Assembly: GCA_050309605.1 (NCBI GenBank)
Contig: JBNRMN010000033.1
Span: 1-64,000, forward strand
Reading direction: 5' to 3'
DNA: 64,000 nt
Source: Anaerohalosphaeraceae bacterium
GTDB lineage: Bacteria; Planctomycetota; Phycisphaerae; Sedimentisphaerales; Anaerohalosphaeraceae
This document shows positions 60,566-64,000 of this stretch, piece after piece (within the stretch, counting starts at the first letter, position 1; every line of letters begins with the position of its first letter). A model generated the notes under the pieces. It saw only the letters and a list, made by a program, of their open reading frames with translations. It made no database searches and was not told the DNA's origin. Position numbers and translations under genes: made by a program.

Positions 60566-61318
60566 TTATTGGTTTTTTGGGGTCAGTCGTTTTTGGCGCT
60601 GGTCGAGAAGGTGGTTCAGGTGCGTGATGCGCTGCCGGGCTTCGGGGTGGGTGGCGAAGTATTTCAGCGTGCCGTTGGGGCGTTCCAGGGCGGCCAGTTT
60701 TTCAAAGACGCCAATGGCGGCCTGTCCGCTGAAGCCCGCGGCCATGGCCAAACGCAAACCGAGGGCGTCGGCGGCGCGTTCCTGCTCTCGAGAGTAAGCT
60801 TTGTTGAGAAACTCGATGCCCAGTGTCCGCATTGTGCCGGTCGCGGCGGCATACTTGACCGCACCGACGCGCCCGACGGCGCGAAGGACGGCGCCGCCGA
60901 TCATCCGCTGCATTGCGTGACCTTCAAGGATGTGGGCGATCTCGTGGCTCAGCACAAAGGCCAGCGCATCGGCGCTGCGGTCGCACAGGTCAATCATCGA
61001 CCGACTGACGAAGACAAACCCGCCCGGCAGACAAAACGCCTCCGGCTCATCACCGGCCAGACAGATAAACTCAAACGTCCGCCGTTTGTCCCGCACGCGC
61101 TCGGTCAGGGCGGCGCCGGTGGAGTTGAGCAGTTCGACGATCTCGGTATCGGCGCACAAACGCCGCTGCTGCCGCACCACCTGCGCCAAATCGGCGCCGG
61201 CGGCCTGCTCAGCGGCGATGGATTCCGCTTCCGGTGCGGTGGCGGCCGAGAAGACCCATTTGGCCCGGCGCAGCTTGGGGCCGACTGTTTTGCCGAGTTG
61301 ATAAAAGAAACCTGCCAT
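60566..61318 (-). CDS. M48-family metallopeptidase
   Basis: AFCLPGG, HEIAH, YSREQERAAD, THP. Confidence 0.9.
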   Translation of the reverse strand: MAGFFYQLGKTVGPKLRRAKWVFSAATAPEAESIAAEQAAGADLAQVVRQQRRLCADTEIVELLNSTGAALTERVRDKRRTFEFICLAGDEPEAFCLPGGFVFVSRSMIDLCDRSADALAFVLSHEIAHILEGHAMQRMIGGAVLRAVGRVGAVKYAAATGTMRTLGIEFLNKAYSREQERAADALGLRLAMAAGFSGQAAIGVFEKLAALERPNGTLKYFATHPEARQRITHLNHLLDQRQKRLTPKNQ

Positions 61319-61374
61319 TGTTTGCTTGTTTTCACCGATTGCCGAATCGAAACATTACCATTCGAAGCCGGTGT

Positions 61375-62130
61375 TTACTCCGACGGTGGTCTTCGATGGC
61401 TCAGCAGCCAATCGTAGATGTCGGGATTGTTATAGGTCTCGGTCCAGGCGTCATGGCCGGCGTCGGGATAAACGGTCAGCTTGACGCGTGAGTTTCCGGC
61501 CTGCCTCAGGGCGTTGACCATCTCTTCGGATTTACGCAGCGGAACAATCGGATCTTTGGCGCCGTGAAAGGCCCAGACGGGCATCGACCCCAGCCGGAAT
61601 CGCGCCAGCACATCGTCGCCCCCGCCGCAGATAGGCACGGCCGCGGCAAACTTGTCGGGGTACTGCGTAATCAGGCTCCACGTGCCGTAGCCGCCCATGC
61701 TCAGGCCGGTGACATACACCCGCGCCGTATCGACCCGATGGGTTTGAATCAGATGATCGACCAGCGCTGCCAGGTCGTCTGTATGGGTTGTCCACCAACT
61801 GTCCTGCGGGCACTGCGGCGCAACCAGAATGAACGGAAACGGCTTGCCCTCGACAATCCGCTTTGGCGGGCCGTGGAGTTTGAGTTTTTCCAGGTCGCTG
61901 CCGCGTTCGCCGGCGCCGTGCAAAAACAGCACCAGCGGCCAGGTTTGCTCGCGGTCGTGATACGCCGCGGGACGATAGAGCAGATAATCCAGGTTCACCT
62001 CGCGGCACAGCGTGGTCTCATAAGTACGGGGTAGAAGTTCGGCCGGTTCATTGGTCTGCATGGCGGCACATCCTGTCAATCCAATCATGATTCCTGCAAT
62101 CGTTCGGGTACAAATTTGCTGCATTTTCAT
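61375..62130 (-). CDS. Alpha/beta-hydrolase (phospholipase/carboxylesterase-like) lipoprotein
   Basis: Lipobox LTGC; LFLHGAGE, GLSMGG, FHGAKD, GHDAW; AAGGAG RBS. Confidence 0.88.
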   Translation of the reverse strand: MKMQQICTRTIAGIMIGLTGCAAMQTNEPAELLPRTYETTLCREVNLDYLLYRPAAYHDREQTWPLVLFLHGAGERGSDLEKLKLHGPPKRIVEGKPFPFILVAPQCPQDSWWTTHTDDLAALVDHLIQTHRVDTARVYVTGLSMGGYGTWSLITQYPDKFAAAVPICGGGDDVLARFRLGSMPVWAFHGAKDPIVPLRKSEEMVNALRQAGNSRVKLTVYPDAGHDAWTETYNNPDIYDWLLSHRRPPSE

Positions 62131-62714
62131 TCTCCTTTCGCCGTATCGTTTCCCCATTGATCGCAGCAGATGCGGTCGTCTTTGAGTTGGCTGCGCGGTA
62201 TGGGTTCGGGCTGCCGGGCCGGATAGCCGACGGCGATGATCGATTCGACGTGCAGGTGCGACGGCAGTTGGAGTACGGTGCGGATGTAGTCTTCGGCAGG
62301 CGTGCCGTCGGGGCGCTGCCGCCGGCGGATTTGAATCCAGCAGCTTCCCAGACCAAGAGACTGAGCGGCAAGCTGTGTCAGAATAGACGCAATAGAGCAA
62401 TCTTCAATCCAGACATCCGAGACCGATTCATCGCCGCAGATGACCACGCCCAGCGCGGCGTCTTTCAAGAACGCCGCACCGTGCGGCTTGGCCTCGGACA
62501 ACGCCTTGAGCAATGCCTTGTCCTGCACGAACACAAACGCCCACGGGTCCAGATTTCGAGAGGACGGACTGCGCAGTACGGCTTCTTTCAACAAGTCCAC
62601 CTTGTCCGGCTCAATCGGCCGCGGCTCGAATTGCCGCACACTGCGGCGCTGCCGAAGCAGTTCCATAAACGCCTTGGGTTCACTGAAAAGGATCTTTTTC
62701 CTATCTTCGGACAC
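62127..62714 (-). CDS. Nitroreductase-family protein
   Basis: RRSVRQF, SPSSRN..PW, GLGSCW, VGYP. Confidence 0.92.
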   Translation of the reverse strand: MSEDRKKILFSEPKAFMELLRQRRSVRQFEPRPIEPDKVDLLKEAVLRSPSSRNLDPWAFVFVQDKALLKALSEAKPHGAAFLKDAALGVVICGDESVSDVWIEDCSIASILTQLAAQSLGLGSCWIQIRRRQRPDGTPAEDYIRTVLQLPSHLHVESIIAVGYPARQPEPIPRSQLKDDRICCDQWGNDTAKGE

Positions 62715-62717
62715 GGG

Positions 62718-63692
62718 TCAGCCTCCCAGATAGTCCTCTTTCATCAGGTAGTTTTGGACATAATCGGCCACGGCCTCTTCCAGCGTCATCGTCGGGGCGG
62801 TATAGCCGACCGCGCGGAGCTTTCGCATATCGGCCTGCGTAAAGTACTGATAGGTGTCGCGCAGCGATTCGGGCATATCGATGTAATCGATGGCCGGTTC
62901 TTTGCCCATTGCGGCAAAGACCGCACCGGCCAGGTCATTCCACGACCGCGCAGCGCCGGTGCCGATATTATACAGTCCGCCCAGTTCGGGATGATCGAGG
63001 AAAAACAGCGTCATCTCCACGGCGTCTTTGACGTAGATAAAATCGCGCACCTGCTGGCCGTGTTCGTAATCGGGTCGATGCGATTTGAACAGGCGCACTC
63101 GTCCGTCGGCGTTGATCTGTTCGTATGCCTTCAGGACAAAACTTCGCATGGCGCCTTTGTGGTACTCGTTCGGGCCGAAGACATTGAAGTATTTCAGCCC
63201 GGCAAACCGCTCCAGCAGTCCCTTGCGCAGGCACCACAAATCAAACATCTGCTTGCTGTAGCCGTACATATTCAGCGGCAAAAGGGTATGGATTTGCGAT
63301 TCGTCGTCGGCAAATCCCTGCGCCCCGTCGCCGTAGGTCGCGGCGCTGGAGGCATAGACAAACCGCGCGCCCAATTCCAGCGCCCAGCCGGCCAGCAGTT
63401 TGGAAAACTCAAAATTGTTTTTCACCAGATAGGTGCAGTCCGTCTCGGTGGTGTCCGAGCATGCCCCCAGATGCACGATGGCCTCGATGTCCCAGTCGAG
63501 TGAGGCGTCGGCGACCATTTCCGAAAAATCGTCGGCCTCCATATAATCGGCGAACCGCAGGCGCCGCAGGTTTTTCCATCGCCGGTCGCTGCCGAGGATG
63601 TCCACGATAAAAATCTCATCGATGCCGCGCGCATTCAGGGCCGCCACAAGTGCCGAGCCGATAAAGCCCGCTCCGCCGGTTACCACAATCAT
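62718..63692 (-). CDS. hldD: ADP-L-glycero-D-manno-heptose 6-epimerase
   Basis: VTGGAGFIGS, HLGACSDT, YASSAATYG, PLNMYGYSK, YFNVFGPNEYHKG, YQYFTQAD. Confidence 0.96.
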   Translation of the reverse strand: MIVVTGGAGFIGSALVAALNARGIDEIFIVDILGSDRRWKNLRRLRFADYMEADDFSEMVADASLDWDIEAIVHLGACSDTTETDCTYLVKNNFEFSKLLAGWALELGARFVYASSAATYGDGAQGFADDESQIHTLLPLNMYGYSKQMFDLWCLRKGLLERFAGLKYFNVFGPNEYHKGAMRSFVLKAYEQINADGRVRLFKSHRPDYEHGQQVRDFIYVKDAVEMTLFFLDHPELGGLYNIGTGAARSWNDLAGAVFAAMGKEPAIDYIDMPESLRDTYQYFTQADMRKLRAVGYTAPTMTLEEAVADYVQNYLMKEDYLGG

Positions 63693-64000
63693 CTGTATTC
63701 TCCGGATTTATGGCTGTCTTGTTGTTTTAACGTGATTGGGTCTGTATTGGGTATCACTGGTGACAACGTAGCCGATAGGGCGGATTTTGTCAAAAATAAT
63801 TTATCGCCGCATCCGCATATAACGTCCCAAGTCGATTTTTATAGGACGTTTATTTGGGGCGGGTCGTCTGTGGGGAAATATATCGTATCTTTTCTTATAG
63901 CGACGGCCTCAAACGCCGATATGGAGTTTGCAGAGAAGGCAGAGGAGTATTGCGTTGATTAAAACAGCCAAGGAGGTATCCGAAACAGGGCTTTTTATGA

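Noticed and set aside
62157..63503. 448-aa + strand ORF
   Set aside because: Antisense shadow across the nitroreductase gene and hldD.
63700..64000. ORF or RNA at the window end
   Set aside because: No supportable motif; context is truncated by the window edge.

Overview
Gene-dense, GC-rich bacterial chromosomal segment with about 50 CDS. It most likely comes from an anaerobic Planctomycetota member (Phycisphaerae/Sedimentisphaerales-like). This is inferred from LamG/dockerin-like secreted proteins, a prepilin + H-X9-DG protein, an ECF sigma/FecR-LamG pair, CotH-LTD and PQQ-like proteins, hydE and rnfCDGEAB. Housekeeping genes (aroF, hisI, tatC/tatA, panB, purC, glnS, trxB, guaB, hldD) are interleaved with two AT-rich defence islets: a type II R-M pair, and a winged-helix/PD-(D/E)XK nuclease followed by a possible decayed methyltransferase. 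The most interesting coding locus is a TetR-controlled operon encoding a lysine 2,3-aminomutase, a GNAT + deacetylase fusion and a Ddl-like ATP-grasp ligase. Non-coding highlights are a candidate ~95-nt sigma54-dependent sRNA, a ~160-bp structured dispersed repeat (2 copies), REPIN-like GC-rich hairpin elements (2 loci) and AT-rich fold-back elements inside the rnf operon. No tRNA, rRNA, CRISPR array, transposase or prophage was recognised. All calls come from reading motifs by eye; no database searches were run.
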